DNA of 64,000 nucleotides, from assembly GCA_001820875.1 (NCBI GenBank), contig MHRF01000004.1:17434-81433 (forward strand), written 5' to 3'. The position numbers and the translations under genes were made by a program. The notes under the pieces are model-generated. The model saw only the letters and a program-made list of their open reading frames with translations, searched no databases and had not been told where the DNA came from. The DNA is from Candidatus Taylorbacteria bacterium RIFCSPHIGHO2_01_FULL_46_22b. GTDB lineage: Bacteria; Patescibacteriota; Minisyncoccia; Phycocordibacterales; DSPV01. Positions 26,846-37,120 of this stretch are shown here, in pieces; position 1 is the first letter of the stretch; each line of letters begins with the position of its first letter.

Positions 26846-29146
26846 CTAGTTTGCCTTTGGTTCAACTAGCACAGTTTTTATTCTGAATTTTGTACTAATA
26901 GCAGGATCCCACGTCTTTATGCCAATACCACCGGTAGAAAGTAGAGCAGGTAGTGAGTAATTGAGTATCTCCTCGCCGTTCATCAAACAAGTGAGTTTGT
27001 TTCCTACCACGCGTATCGCAGAAGAGCGATCCTGCCACGGCATGAAATACGGAGTCGGAAGCCGCGGCGAACTACCCAGTTCAACCTCAACACCGTTCAA
27101 TACATAGTAAGCACGAACATACGTTCCGTAGAGAGAGTATGAGCACGCGGCATAATTTTTTATATCGTGATACCGAGCAACAAGACCCAAACTCTTTCCG
27201 ACATGCCAATCAGCAACTATATTAAATTCATAGTTGGTCCACTGCTCGCTTCCGGAGAGAGTGATCAATGACGCACCCTTATCCACCACTGAACCAGTTT
27301 CAAGCTTCCCGTCAAATATACCGAGATTTCCGTACCGCGAAACCCAAGGCGCAGCTTGAGTAAAATGAGTCATTTGATAATTGATAAAATTACCACTCGG
27401 GTCGACTAAAGGTATAACGACAGGGGTAAAATTCTCTTTTTCTACTTCAACTTTCTGTACACTGCTTGTTATCTTATTTGGTACGATTTTTTCTACCAAA
27501 AGGGGGCTCGGAATAGTTTGGGTAACTGAATAATTCGGCAGTGTCTGAATGAATTCACCTAACTGCTTGTTTCGGCCAACACGAACTTCATCGACTTCAA
27601 CGGTTCTCTGTTCACTAGCTGGTTGCCATAATTTAACGCCGATACCGCCTGTAGTGAACCCTGCATCAACACGGGCACTTGCAACCAGTTTATTTCCGGC
27701 AAAACACTTCACCACAGAGTCGGCAGCAGAAGCACCAATCCAAACCGAAGAAACTGGCAACTCAAATCGTTCCAAATTTTGAGCAATAGTCTCCTGATTA
27801 CCATCTGACCATTTCTCAATGGTTGCTTTATTCTTCGAGAAAGAGCAAGAAATATAGTTATTGTTATCCAGACGCAAGACAACCAGAGACATGCGCCCGT
27901 CGGACAAAATCTTGGTTTTGGTAAAAAAATAATAATCCTGAAAAAGATAGGAGCCGTCCAGAAAAACCGCCGCGCCGTCAGCCCCATCATGTATCGATAA
28001 CTTCAGTGTATTCCCTAGTTGCACACTACCCCAAGAAGGTAGCCACTCTTGCCCGAAATCTGATGATTGAATAAATGGAAGGACTTTTGCTTTTCCTGCC
28101 TCGAGTTTTTTGAGCAAATCTTTCCCGTTCCATTCAGGAAGAACGTCTATCCGTTTGGTAAGAGGTAAATCGAGAGTCGGATAATTGAATGAGTCTCCTT
28201 GAGACGGCCAAACACTGTATAATCCGACATCATACACTTTTTTTATTGACGAAATAATTATATCTTTAGCACCAGAAAAATTATTTTGTTCTTGACCATA
28301 ATCCCCGAAAGGAAAAGCGTATGTCTTGACCGGCTTTCCAAAAGCGGAAACAAGCTCATCTCTTGAAACGATAAGATCCTCTAAAATACGGTGTTCATAC
28401 TCATAGTCGGTTTCATGACGGTCAAACTCTGGTAACCACAACTTGTTACTCATAAAGTGCTCCAGCTTCCCATCTGGCTCAATTTGATATAAATCATGAT
28501 CATTTTTTCCATGAGATTGCAATTCCCATCGTCCACTCCTGTCTAACATGTTGAGTTCTGATTGAGAGAGGTGGAAAGCTACTTTTCTGTCATCGACAAG
28601 CGATCGGCTTGTTATCACATACATCACCGCGGTATAACCCAAATCTCTCAATATAGGATCAGCCGGATAGTAGCTATCTCTTCTGCCATCATCAAAAGCA
28701 AGCACAAATGATCGGTCAGGAAGCGTTCGTTTCCCTTTCATAAAATCCACAAACTCTGCAATGGTAACCGTCTGCCAACCAGCACGTTTGAGAACATACA
28801 TCTGATCCATAAAGTTATCGAGGGACTCATTTAAACCATCAGATGTATCAAGTATGCCGTGATAAGTAATAACCGGAACAGATTGTGCAACTGGTGCAAC
28901 GAACTCTGCTCCACTTTTGTCTTGGCTCGTGGTGCTCGTCAGTATGGCGCTTGAGGCAAAAATCTCGGGACTGGAATATTTCTCGGAAATGATATGGAAA
29001 TATGGCTTGAGATAGTACCATCTAAAATTTCGGATTGCATCCTGATTTATACTCCAGACACCAAGTCCCAACAAAAGAAGAACAGCAAGTATCATGCCGA
29101 TAAAAAATTTCTTAATGAGAGCGGTTTTGTATATAAACTGATTCAT
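26846..29146 (-). CDS. Polysaccharide deacetylase (CE4, PgaB/IcaB-like) with two lectin-like domains
   Basis: VITYH, AFDDG, LQSHG..H and FAFPFG motifs. Confidence 0.85.
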   Translation of the reverse strand: MNQFIYKTALIKKFFIGMILAVLLLLGLGVWSINQDAIRNFRWYYLKPYFHIISEKYSSPEIFASSAILTSTTSQDKSGAEFVAPVAQSVPVITYHGILDTSDGLNESLDNFMDQMYVLKRAGWQTVTIAEFVDFMKGKRTLPDRSFVLAFDDGRRDSYYPADPILRDLGYTAVMYVITSRSLVDDRKVAFHLSQSELNMLDRSGRWELQSHGKNDHDLYQIEPDGKLEHFMSNKLWLPEFDRHETDYEYEHRILEDLIVSRDELVSAFGKPVKTYAFPFGDYGQEQNNFSGAKDIIISSIKKVYDVGLYSVWPSQGDSFNYPTLDLPLTKRIDVLPEWNGKDLLKKLEAGKAKVLPFIQSSDFGQEWLPSWGSVQLGNTLKLSIHDGADGAAVFLDGSYLFQDYYFFTKTKILSDGRMSLVVLRLDNNNYISCSFSKNKATIEKWSDGNQETIAQNLERFELPVSSVWIGASAADSVVKCFAGNKLVASARVDAGFTTGGIGVKLWQPASEQRTVEVDEVRVGRNKQLGEFIQTLPNYSVTQTIPSPLLVEKIVPNKITSSVQKVEVEKENFTPVVIPLVDPSGNFINYQMTHFTQAAPWVSRYGNLGIFDGKLETGSVVDKGASLITLSGSEQWTNYEFNIVADWHVGKSLGLVARYHDIKNYAACSYSLYGTYVRAYYVLNGVEVELGSSPRLPTPYFMPWQDRSSAIRVVGNKLTCLMNGEEILNYSLPALLSTGGIGIKTWDPAISTKFRIKTVLVEPKAN

Positions 29147-29155
29147 GCGACTAAT

Positions 29156-30364
29156 TTAGCGAGTTCCCCACCGGTTATCGCGGAGGTTAATTATCGCCCA
29201 CGGCAATTGCCAAATAAATGTGAGAGTAAACACTATTGAAAATAAAACGCCGTAAAACCATTTCCCATTGAGTGTCTTTATGTGATAGAAAAGACCACAA
29301 ATCAATGCCGTTGTAGTCATTCCTAAAATATAAAACCAAGGTACATTGCCGGTTACGTAGGGATACCAGATAAAAGCTCGAACGACCACGAAGGGGGCAA
29401 GCAGAGGCAATATAAAACCAAGGTAGAATGAGATGCTTAAAATAGGGTGCTTTTTCCAAATAAATGTCGATGCAATCAAGTTTTCTCGAAACCATGATTT
29501 CTTCCAACGCAACTGTTGACGCATTAATTTCTTTAAGGTATTCGGAACAATCGTGTGACAAATCGCTTCTGGCGCATACATGGTCTTGTAGCCTTGTCGG
29601 AGGAGAAAGTTAGTCAGACTACGATCATCTCCGTACGTACAAGTAACCCCAAGAAATTTCTGTTTAAGCCACGGTTCAAGTACTTCTGAAACAGCACTTT
29701 TACGATAGGCTGAACAACACCCGCTGCAACACATCACGGAATTAAAAAGTGCTTCTGATGCTTTGTAAGCTCTGAAGGAAACGAAATAACGAATTGATTC
29801 CATCTTAGTTAAAAAGTTTTCTTCGGCATTTGCCACAAAAGTGTGACCAGCTACTGCAGCAACCTTTTGATCAGTGAAATATTTTACTAACTCACGAGCA
29901 GTATTATTTTCAACAAAACTGTCTGAATCTATAAAGATAAGAATTTCATGTAACGAACGCTTCACACACAAGGCCATTCCCTCACGCTTGCCACGATTGC
30001 GTTCAAAAGATGCAATAAACACAGATACTCCCTTTTTTTCGGCAATACTTTTTGCAGCAAACATTTCGGCAAGCGTGTTATCGGTAGACCCATCATCAAG
30101 TACAATTATATTGAACTTGTCTTTGGGATAATCCGTATCAGCAATCCGCAGTATGGTCTTTCTAATATGCTCACCTTCGTTTTTAGAGGGAACGCAAAAA
30201 GAAACGGTTGGTTCAAATCCATCCTTCAGCGCTGGGAGCTTCGGTTCATAAAAATACGCGAGGGCAAATCTACTCAATATGTATACCGAAATCGCTAAAC
30301 TGTAGATCCCTAATAGGGTGTTACCGGCAATACTTTCGTATGAAAGATACTTAATTACCAGCAC
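29156..30364 (-). CDS. Processive GT2 synthase (HasA/NodC/IcaA-like)
   Basis: DDGSTD, FIDSD, CCSGC, YGDDRSLT and QQLRWKKSW motifs; C-terminal TMs ending WGTR; true start may lie further upstream. Confidence 0.88.
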   Translation of the reverse strand: MLVIKYLSYESIAGNTLLGIYSLAISVYILSRFALAYFYEPKLPALKDGFEPTVSFCVPSKNEGEHIRKTILRIADTDYPKDKFNIIVLDDGSTDNTLAEMFAAKSIAEKKGVSVFIASFERNRGKREGMALCVKRSLHEILIFIDSDSFVENNTARELVKYFTDQKVAAVAGHTFVANAEENFLTKMESIRYFVSFRAYKASEALFNSVMCCSGCCSAYRKSAVSEVLEPWLKQKFLGVTCTYGDDRSLTNFLLRQGYKTMYAPEAICHTIVPNTLKKLMRQQLRWKKSWFRENLIASTFIWKKHPILSISFYLGFILPLLAPFVVVRAFIWYPYVTGNVPWFYILGMTTTALICGLFYHIKTLNGKWFYGVLFSIVFTLTFIWQLPWAIINLRDNRWGTR

Positions 30365-30776
30365 TGCGTAAATAAGTAAAAAGAAAGCCGACCAGAGAAT
30401 TATTTTTCTCGTTCTATACGTATTCGCATTCTTGAGTAAATGACTTTTAATGGATTTGTTTTATTATAAAAAAACCAATGCACTCTAAAGAGAGTGTTTC
30501 GTAAAACCAAGCAAGAAAGGGAAAAATGCCTTTATATGTGGTCTTTTCTTTTCGCCTTTGTCGTAACACTACTTAAAGGCCGAAATAGGTCAAGCGATAT
30601 TACGGATACACCATATATATAGTGAAAGCTCCATGTGCAGTGTCATATTAATTAAAACACACTTGAAAATTGACAAATCTTAATCATTATTTAATGATAC
30701 AGAGGGTCTGTCCTTTAAAAACAACGATTTCTAGGGCAGCAAATGACCAAACCGAAAACCAGAAAAAGTACCGCAC

Positions 30777-32468
30777 ATGAAAAGACTACTGATTGCACTT
30801 GCTATCGCAGGCATTTGGAGATCAACAACGGTCGAGGCAGGAGCGCTCGACAACACAGCGGCGATATTCTCGCCGGCAGCAACACCAATCAAATCGGACA
30901 TCCACCGGATTACACCGGAGATCGTGAAAGTGTCGTGGGCTGCCGAAGCGGGCAAGCCATACATCATTGAGCACGCGCCAACGCCGATCGGGCCGTGGCG
31001 AACATTCTCGGTGGAACTTGGGGTTGAATCATCAACTCGCCGGTCAATGGTGATTGCTGACACATCCGGATTCTTCCGCATCTTGAGTGCCGCCAAGTTC
31101 CCGACAGGTGCAAGTGTGGATTGGAAACTTCAGTTCCCCGCTCTTTCACCTCAAACAGAGCACTCGTACACAGCAACGTGGGTATGGGACAACGGCGGGA
31201 CATCCAATGTCACAGGTGGTGGTTGGAATACACCGCTCACCAAAACCTACCCCAAAAGTGGCGTGCAACAGGTGAATGTAGTCGTGCGTGACACCAATTC
31301 GTCAGTGGTGTTCTCAAGCCAATGGGCGATTGTAGTTACGAACAACCCTTCAAACTTGATTACCAACGGGAATCTCGAAACAACGGGGTCACTTCCGACG
31401 GCATGGACGAAAGATTGGTGGGGTACGAATGGCCGAACTTTCACGTATCCGGTCGCAGGACCAAGCGGCAACAACGATAAAGCCGCGCAGGTCTCAATCA
31501 CCAACTACCAGAGCGGCGATGCCAAGTGGCGCTTCAGTCCGGTGCCGGTCAATCCAAATTCCTTATACGTTTTTGAGGATGACTACAAGGCGAACGTCCC
31601 GACGGAAATTGATGTTGAAGTGATAACCACTGCGGGTACTTTGTATCCGCCGATCAGTTATCCTCCTGCATCAAGCAACTGGGCGAAGGTACGTGCCGAG
31701 TTTGTGACGCCGTCAAATGTCCTATCCGTGTCGGTGACTCACTTGTTAACCACCAACGGGACACTCACCATCGATAACGCGAGTTTACGTCAATCTTCCA
31801 CGCCAACCCCTCTGACGGAGGGAATGGTGTCGTTTGATTTTGACGACGGATGGCGAGCAACGTATCTGACAGCAACCAACACTCTTGGAAAAGCGGGTTT
31901 GCGCGGAACGTTTTACATCATCACGTCGCGGGTGGACATCGATCGTAATTTTGTGACCTCCGACGACCTGCAAGAAATACAACGGGGAGGTCATGAGATC
32001 GGCAATCACACGACAGGTCATTTGGATCTGACTACCCTCTCGACCACGCAGTCAGAACAGCAGGTTAACCTTGCTGGACAATTCCTGATCACGCGCGGTG
32101 CCAGAGTCAGTGCCTTCGCCTACCCTTTCGGAGCTTACAACGCCGAGTACATGAGGTTGGTACGTGAAGCCGGATATGGCGTCGGGCGCGTAGTCTGGAA
32201 AGGTCTGAACGTTAAGGGGGGTAATCTCTACGAACTCAAAGCGTGGAGTCTCAAAAACACCGACACGTTCGAGGGAATCAGGTCACTCATCGATCAGGCA
32301 AGAAACAACAAGGAGTGGTTGGTCTTGGTCTTTCACCATGTCAACGACAGTGGCGAAACCTACGCAGTAAAGCCCACTCTCTTCAACAGTGTTGTGGACT
32401 ACGTCGCCACGAACCACGTCAAAGTGGTCACCGCGAGTGAAGGAGCTCGGCTTATGTCAGCGCCGTAA
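30777..32468 (+). CDS. Secreted polysaccharide deacetylase with PKD-like and CBM-like domains
   Basis: Signal peptide; NLITNGNLE CBM start; FDFDDG, HEIGNHT.H, FAYPFG and LVFHH motifs. Confidence 0.85.
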   Translation: MKRLLIALAIAGIWRSTTVEAGALDNTAAIFSPAATPIKSDIHRITPEIVKVSWAAEAGKPYIIEHAPTPIGPWRTFSVELGVESSTRRSMVIADTSGFFRILSAAKFPTGASVDWKLQFPALSPQTEHSYTATWVWDNGGTSNVTGGGWNTPLTKTYPKSGVQQVNVVVRDTNSSVVFSSQWAIVVTNNPSNLITNGNLETTGSLPTAWTKDWWGTNGRTFTYPVAGPSGNNDKAAQVSITNYQSGDAKWRFSPVPVNPNSLYVFEDDYKANVPTEIDVEVITTAGTLYPPISYPPASSNWAKVRAEFVTPSNVLSVSVTHLLTTNGTLTIDNASLRQSSTPTPLTEGMVSFDFDDGWRATYLTATNTLGKAGLRGTFYIITSRVDIDRNFVTSDDLQEIQRGGHEIGNHTTGHLDLTTLSTTQSEQQVNLAGQFLITRGARVSAFAYPFGAYNAEYMRLVREAGYGVGRVVWKGLNVKGGNLYELKAWSLKNTDTFEGIRSLIDQARNNKEWLVLVFHHVNDSGETYAVKPTLFNSVVDYVATNHVKVVTASEGARLMSAP

Positions 32469-32592
32469 CTCCCCTTCAAATCGTTGGAATACTCGAGCGC
32501 CCCACCATGGTGGGGCGCTTTTCTTATAAAAAACCGCGCCCCGAAAGATTTGGGGCGCGCTTTTCCGACTGATGATTCGTCGGTTTCGGTGG

Positions 32593-32712
32593 TTATGGAA
32601 GAAAACTGACCAGCCATCTGACTGGCCCATCACTCCCGTCTTTGAACCACGACAGCGTGGCGCAGAGAGTGAACATGCCGACGAAACAGAGAATTTTGCT
32701 GGATGTCTTCAT
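32593..32712 (-). CDS. Putative 39-aa membrane peptide
   Basis: MKTSSKILCFVGMFTLCATLSWFKDGSDGPVRWLVSFLP*; TTGACA-17-TATTGT promoter at 32763-32791. Confidence 0.4.
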   Translation of the reverse strand: MKTSSKILCFVGMFTLCATLSWFKDGSDGPVRWLVSFLP

Positions 32713-32802
32713 TGTGGGAGGTTCAGAATTTTTGTTGAGGACAACGAAATTGACCGAACACAACAATAACATATTTAGGATTCTATGTCAAATCCTTTTG
32801 TG

Positions 32803-33228
32803 TTATTTTGTCTTCAGTGTTTCTTTCTGGAAATTAAGCATCCATTCCACTCCGTATTTGTCGGTCACCATCCCAAATATCGCGCCCCAGAATTGCTCCT
32901 CCGGAGCCATAAAGACTTCTCCACCTTTTTCAAGTTTTGAAAATATATCTCTAATTTCCTGTTCGCTCTCGCAATCAAGAGATACGCCAACATTGTCACC
33001 AACGACTGCCTTGTCGCGCATCATATCGGATCCAATGAGCACCCAATCCCCTTTCGTAAGCGTTGAGTGCATAATAAGATCTTGTTTCTCGGCAGGCATG
33101 TCTTTTGCCATCGGACTTCCTTTGACAGTCATAAAATCAAGTGTGCCACCAAGACATTCTTTGTAAAAATTCATCGCTTCGCGGCACTTGCTATCGTTGA
33201 AGCGCAGAAATGGATTCAGTTTTGCCAT
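32803..33228 (-). CDS. VOC/PhnB family protein
   Basis: LNPFLRF..CREAMNFY, IMHSTL and FWGAIFGMVTDKYGVEW motifs. Confidence 0.9.
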   Translation of the reverse strand: MAKLNPFLRFNDSKCREAMNFYKECLGGTLDFMTVKGSPMAKDMPAEKQDLIMHSTLTKGDWVLIGSDMMRDKAVVGDNVGVSLDCESEQEIRDIFSKLEKGGEVFMAPEEQFWGAIFGMVTDKYGVEWMLNFQKETLKTK

Positions 33229-33252
33229 AGTTTTCTTATTAAGGTTAAACAA

Positions 33253-34383
33253 CTATTGTACGGTTTCCAGTGTAGATTTCAAAGTCAGAATTCTTACGAC
33301 AGATGCGTTAATTCTTTCTTCGGTGATTTCACCATCTACTACTGCTTTTTTAAGTCGGTCAAAAATCTCTATCTGTTTTTCTGGCGTGTACGTGCTTATA
33401 ATCATATCCACACCGGCCAAAACAGCATCTACAGATGATTGACCTATTGATTCACCTGCCGAAACCATTTCCATATCGTCAGTAATAATCACTCCCATAA
33501 AACCCATTTGATCCCTTAAGATTTCACTCATAAATTCTGAAGAAAGTGTTGCGGGTTTGTTACTGATATCGGGTATGACGATATGAGCAGTCATGATTGC
33601 ACTCGCGGGATTGTTCGCTATTACTTCTTTAAAAGGAATCAGGTTTACTTCAAGCTCCTTGGAATCAATTCGCAATGTTGCTTGGTTTGTGTGCGGATCA
33701 AGAGAGAGGTCTCCGTAACCTGGAAAATGTTTCGCAATGGGCACCACACCCCCAGCTAGATAACCTTTCATCATTGCATTACCTAGGACGCCACTTGTAT
33801 TCGGGTCTGCACCGAACGTTCTGCTATAGAGATACGATGTGGTACTAGAAACATAATCCAGCACCGGAGAAAAGTTCATATTAACACCGAGCTCCCGAAG
33901 TTCTTTGGCCCTTGTAAAGGCAACTTGTTCTGCCTGCGAAGCAGATTTGATTTGTATTTGCGGTGTCAATTCATTTAGAAAACTGAAGCGGACGACTTTT
34001 CCCCCTTCTTGATCAGTGGCAATGAAAAGCGGTATGGCGGCTATTTTCTGCAAATCTGCAGTCAGCTGTCTAGTTTGCTCTCTATCTTTTATATTTCTTC
34101 GCAAGAGGTTGAAACCACTTACGTGATATTGCTCAATCATTTTCCGTGCATGAGTATCAAGATAGGCATGTTCAAAACCGATGATCAACATTTGCCCAAT
34201 TTTTTGATCGAGCGACATTGTATCCACCTGCGAAATAATCGAATCTATAAGATTCTCGTCCTCTTGTTCAACTGGTGCAACACCAATTTGCGTCCCTGTA
34301 GCAGAATAAACAATATACAATGTCGCCCCAACAGCAATAAAAGCCACGGCAAGCAAAACGGTGATTAAATTTTTTGACATCAC
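33253..34383 (-). CDS. GH3 beta-N-acetylhexosaminidase (NagZ-like), membrane anchored
   Basis: DQEGG.V.R, KHFPGYG, MTAH and ITDDMEM motifs. Confidence 0.9.
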   Translation of the reverse strand: MMSKNLITVLLAVAFIAVGATLYIVYSATGTQIGVAPVEQEDENLIDSIISQVDTMSLDQKIGQMLIIGFEHAYLDTHARKMIEQYHVSGFNLLRRNIKDREQTRQLTADLQKIAAIPLFIATDQEGGKVVRFSFLNELTPQIQIKSASQAEQVAFTRAKELRELGVNMNFSPVLDYVSSTTSYLYSRTFGADPNTSGVLGNAMMKGYLAGGVVPIAKHFPGYGDLSLDPHTNQATLRIDSKELEVNLIPFKEVIANNPASAIMTAHIVIPDISNKPATLSSEFMSEILRDQMGFMGVIITDDMEMVSAGESIGQSSVDAVLAGVDMIISTYTPEKQIEIFDRLKKAVVDGEITEERINASVVRILTLKSTLETVQ

Positions 34384-34443
34384 GGTTAGTTTATCACAAA
34401 GATTTTAGAAGAAAATTTTTTAGGAGACGCAACTTTCTGACTT

Positions 34444-34487
34444 CGGCATTTGCTGTCATTGAAGAGACGAAACGGATTTAGTTTTGC
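34444..34487 (-). pseudogene. Vestigial 5' fragment of the VOC gene
   Basis: 36/44 nt identical to 33182-33225; encodes AKLNPFRLFNDSKCR versus AKLNPFLRFNDSKCR. Confidence 0.7.
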
Positions 34488-34514
34488 AACATGAGGAAGT
34501 TTTTTGGCTTAGTT

Positions 34515-35684
34515 CTATTTTATAATGGGGAAAGAAACCTTAAAAGTGTGTCCCCCATCTTTTTTACCCATTACGGTTATTGTTCCCTGATGTGCTTCGG
34601 TAATCCATTTGGCTACTGCAAGGCCTAATCCCAATTCCTCATGATTTTTCGTGAGAGACCGCGTACTGCTATAAAATTTATCAAATACATGAGGCAAATC
34701 TTTGGGGGATATGTCCATGTGGTGAGCAATTATCTGTATGTGAACTAGGGTCTTCTGTGCTGATCCGCTAATCTTGACCGAAGTATTTTCTTTTCCATAT
34801 ACGATGGTGTTCTTGATAATGTTGCTAAACAGTCTCTCCAGATACATTTCGTCTCCTAGAATACTAGAGTGGGGTACACGCAATATTCGTAGAGAAATAT
34901 GCTTTTTATGGGCGACAGATTTACATCTCTGCACTACTTTGTTAATTAACGTATGAAGGTTTACTTCATGTTGGACGATTTCTTCACGAAAAGATTTTTC
35001 CGAACTCATCAGTAAGGACAAGTCTGAAACAAGCACTGACATGTGTCCAACTTCTTCGTTTATTACATGTAAAGCTCTCACTGTCTCTGTTGAGTTTTTT
35101 GCCTTTGATTGAAGAGTAAGATCCACCGTACCTTTTATGATTGCAAGCGGCGTTCGAAGTTCATGTGTAGCTTGAGTAAGAAACTCTGTTTTTGACCTCT
35201 CTTTTTCATTAATTAAGAGACGGCGGATAGTGATCGCATCACCCACTGCGTTCCCGATAAACGAACACAGTATCTTCTTTTCCCTAGCAAACGATTCTTG
35301 TTCTCTAAAGCACACCACCATATTCCCATATACTTTTTCATGGTGAGAAATCGGAATTATCACAAAACTTTTCATGTACTTGCTTACATCGTATTCATCA
35401 AGTCGTTTTTTGACCCTACTAACATAATCAGGTGTACGGCTCTTGATAACTGTGTAATTGCGACCTTCTTTTCTGGGAGCATGAGGTTTATAGGGAGTGG
35501 CGCGACTTTTATACACTAGTTTTAATTCGCTTGATTCAGATGAATTAAGCCAAACAAAACCAAAATCACCTTCGAGTACTTTGATTCCCAATTCAGCAAA
35601 AGACTTGATTACCTTATGTTCATCAAACTCACCTAAGCATTCAAGTATCGTCTGATTGAGTAAGGATATTTTTTCGAAATACAT
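34515..35684 (-). CDS. GAF-domain sensor histidine kinase (orphan)
   Basis: THELRTPL, NIIKN, VFDKFY and GLGLAV motifs; D-box degenerate. Confidence 0.88.
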   Translation of the reverse strand: MYFEKISLLNQTILECLGEFDEHKVIKSFAELGIKVLEGDFGFVWLNSSESSELKLVYKSRATPYKPHAPRKEGRNYTVIKSRTPDYVSRVKKRLDEYDVSKYMKSFVIIPISHHEKVYGNMVVCFREQESFAREKKILCSFIGNAVGDAITIRRLLINEKERSKTEFLTQATHELRTPLAIIKGTVDLTLQSKAKNSTETVRALHVINEEVGHMSVLVSDLSLLMSSEKSFREEIVQHEVNLHTLINKVVQRCKSVAHKKHISLRILRVPHSSILGDEMYLERLFSNIIKNTIVYGKENTSVKISGSAQKTLVHIQIIAHHMDISPKDLPHVFDKFYSSTRSLTKNHEELGLGLAVAKWITEAHQGTITVMGKKDGGHTFKVSFPIIK

Positions 35685-35731
35685 ATAAAAATAGAGTTAA
35701 GGGGGGTGAGCAATCGTAGCTTCATCCCCCC

Positions 35732-36580
35732 TCATGAGATTGACTCTGATGCAGCTACGCAGGTCATAGCTGTAACGGTCTTCGTGAAGTATTGATGGTG
35801 CTGATCATTAATTATCTCGACTCGACGGCCCGCACCAATCGTGAGGTTTTTGGTCAACGATCTTTGTGTGTGCAAGAGACTCGTCTGACTCGCAAAGTGA
35901 GCATTGTAATCTTTCATTGCATTGATGATCACGACCGCATTGCTACGATACGGATCACCGTCACTGGCGAGTGACTCCCATCCGACTTGCTGTAAGACTG
36001 CCCTGAACGAGGGTTTGGAAAGACACCCTAAGAGTCTACAGAAATACCAGAAACTCACGCGACCGAGATCGAGACCTACCGATTCCGGATCCGCAAGAAT
36101 CGATTGAATTTCCCCACAGACAACGACAGGTTCGAGAGGTGACTGGGCAGAGTGCGAGATCTGTTCCTGTTGCTTACCTAGAGATTCTCTCGCCAATTCA
36201 CAGGCATAGTCACTCACGTCAATCCACCACGTCTGGAAACCAGCTGAATGGGCTGCCGCTAACCACTCTGAATCGTATCCTTTGCCAAAACCTACTGCCA
36301 CAATGATTCTCCTTTCTGCCAGTCGGCGAGCACGAGTACGGGCGGTTGTCTTTTGTGAAATGGTCTCACTAAAATAGCGCGCCGCGAAACTCCCCAATCG
36401 TACGTTTTGTTCTGTTGCAACCTGTTCGTCCACCCCCCGTTCTAATTCATCACTGGGAACGAACACGAGAGGGTCCAACAACCTCCGATTCCAATACTCT
36501 TGTAAACCTCGCTGTTTTCGCAAAGAAAGAGAAGGGATGGTTGCGAGACTTTGGCACTGTCTTATCGAAATTGTTCCCAT
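35732..36580 (-). CDS. Hypothetical protein, SAM-methyltransferase-like fold
   Basis: IVAVGFGKGYDS...WIDVS resembles motifs I/II. Confidence 0.55.
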   Translation of the reverse strand: MGTISIRQCQSLATIPSLSLRKQRGLQEYWNRRLLDPLVFVPSDELERGVDEQVATEQNVRLGSFAARYFSETISQKTTARTRARRLAERRIIVAVGFGKGYDSEWLAAAHSAGFQTWWIDVSDYACELARESLGKQQEQISHSAQSPLEPVVVCGEIQSILADPESVGLDLGRVSFWYFCRLLGCLSKPSFRAVLQQVGWESLASDGDPYRSNAVVIINAMKDYNAHFASQTSLLHTQRSLTKNLTIGAGRRVEIINDQHHQYFTKTVTAMTCVAASESIS

Positions 36581-36678
36581 AAAATATCTCCTCGCTGTTT
36601 GTTTTTTCTGACTTTCTTGCTTTTTTATATCACATTATTTTTAAGCAAACAACCAAACTTTGAATTCTACGTACTATT

Positions 36679-36930
36679 TCAACGATGAGTACAACCGGCC
36701 CAACAACACGGTCTGCGCATTCCGCCCTTAAGCTTCGAAAGCGCTTTCTCAATCCGAATACTTCGAGTCTCGGTTTTCTTCCCCGATATAACCCAGCAAA
36801 TCCACTCATTGCGCGCAAGTGGCGTAATATCTTCCCATACTGCTCGCGCCGCAGGCGTCTGAATTAGAGCTTTTCGCAAATCTGTCGGCACAGTGTGCAC
36901 CACACCAGTTGCAATCTTGTTTTTGGACAT
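36679..36930 (-). CDS. YdeI/OmpD-associated family protein
   Basis: PTDLRKAL, TPLARNEWICWV, TRSIRI and RRPCCWAGC motifs. Confidence 0.85.
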   Translation of the reverse strand: MSKNKIATGVVHTVPTDLRKALIQTPAARAVWEDITPLARNEWICWVISGKKTETRSIRIEKALSKLKGGMRRPCCWAGCTHR

Positions 36931-37120
36931 ACTTTTTATATTACCAAATCTTTCCAATGAAGCCCAAAGAGTCATATCAGAAATCGCTGTAATGCTATAT
37001 TATTCACCTCGTCTATAATACCGTAAGGTCTTTGAAATAATTCCAACCTGTCAAATGGCTGGTTTCGTCTGGACCGAATAAACTCCTCTCTTTGAAACAA
37101 CACAACCGAAAGGTATCAGA

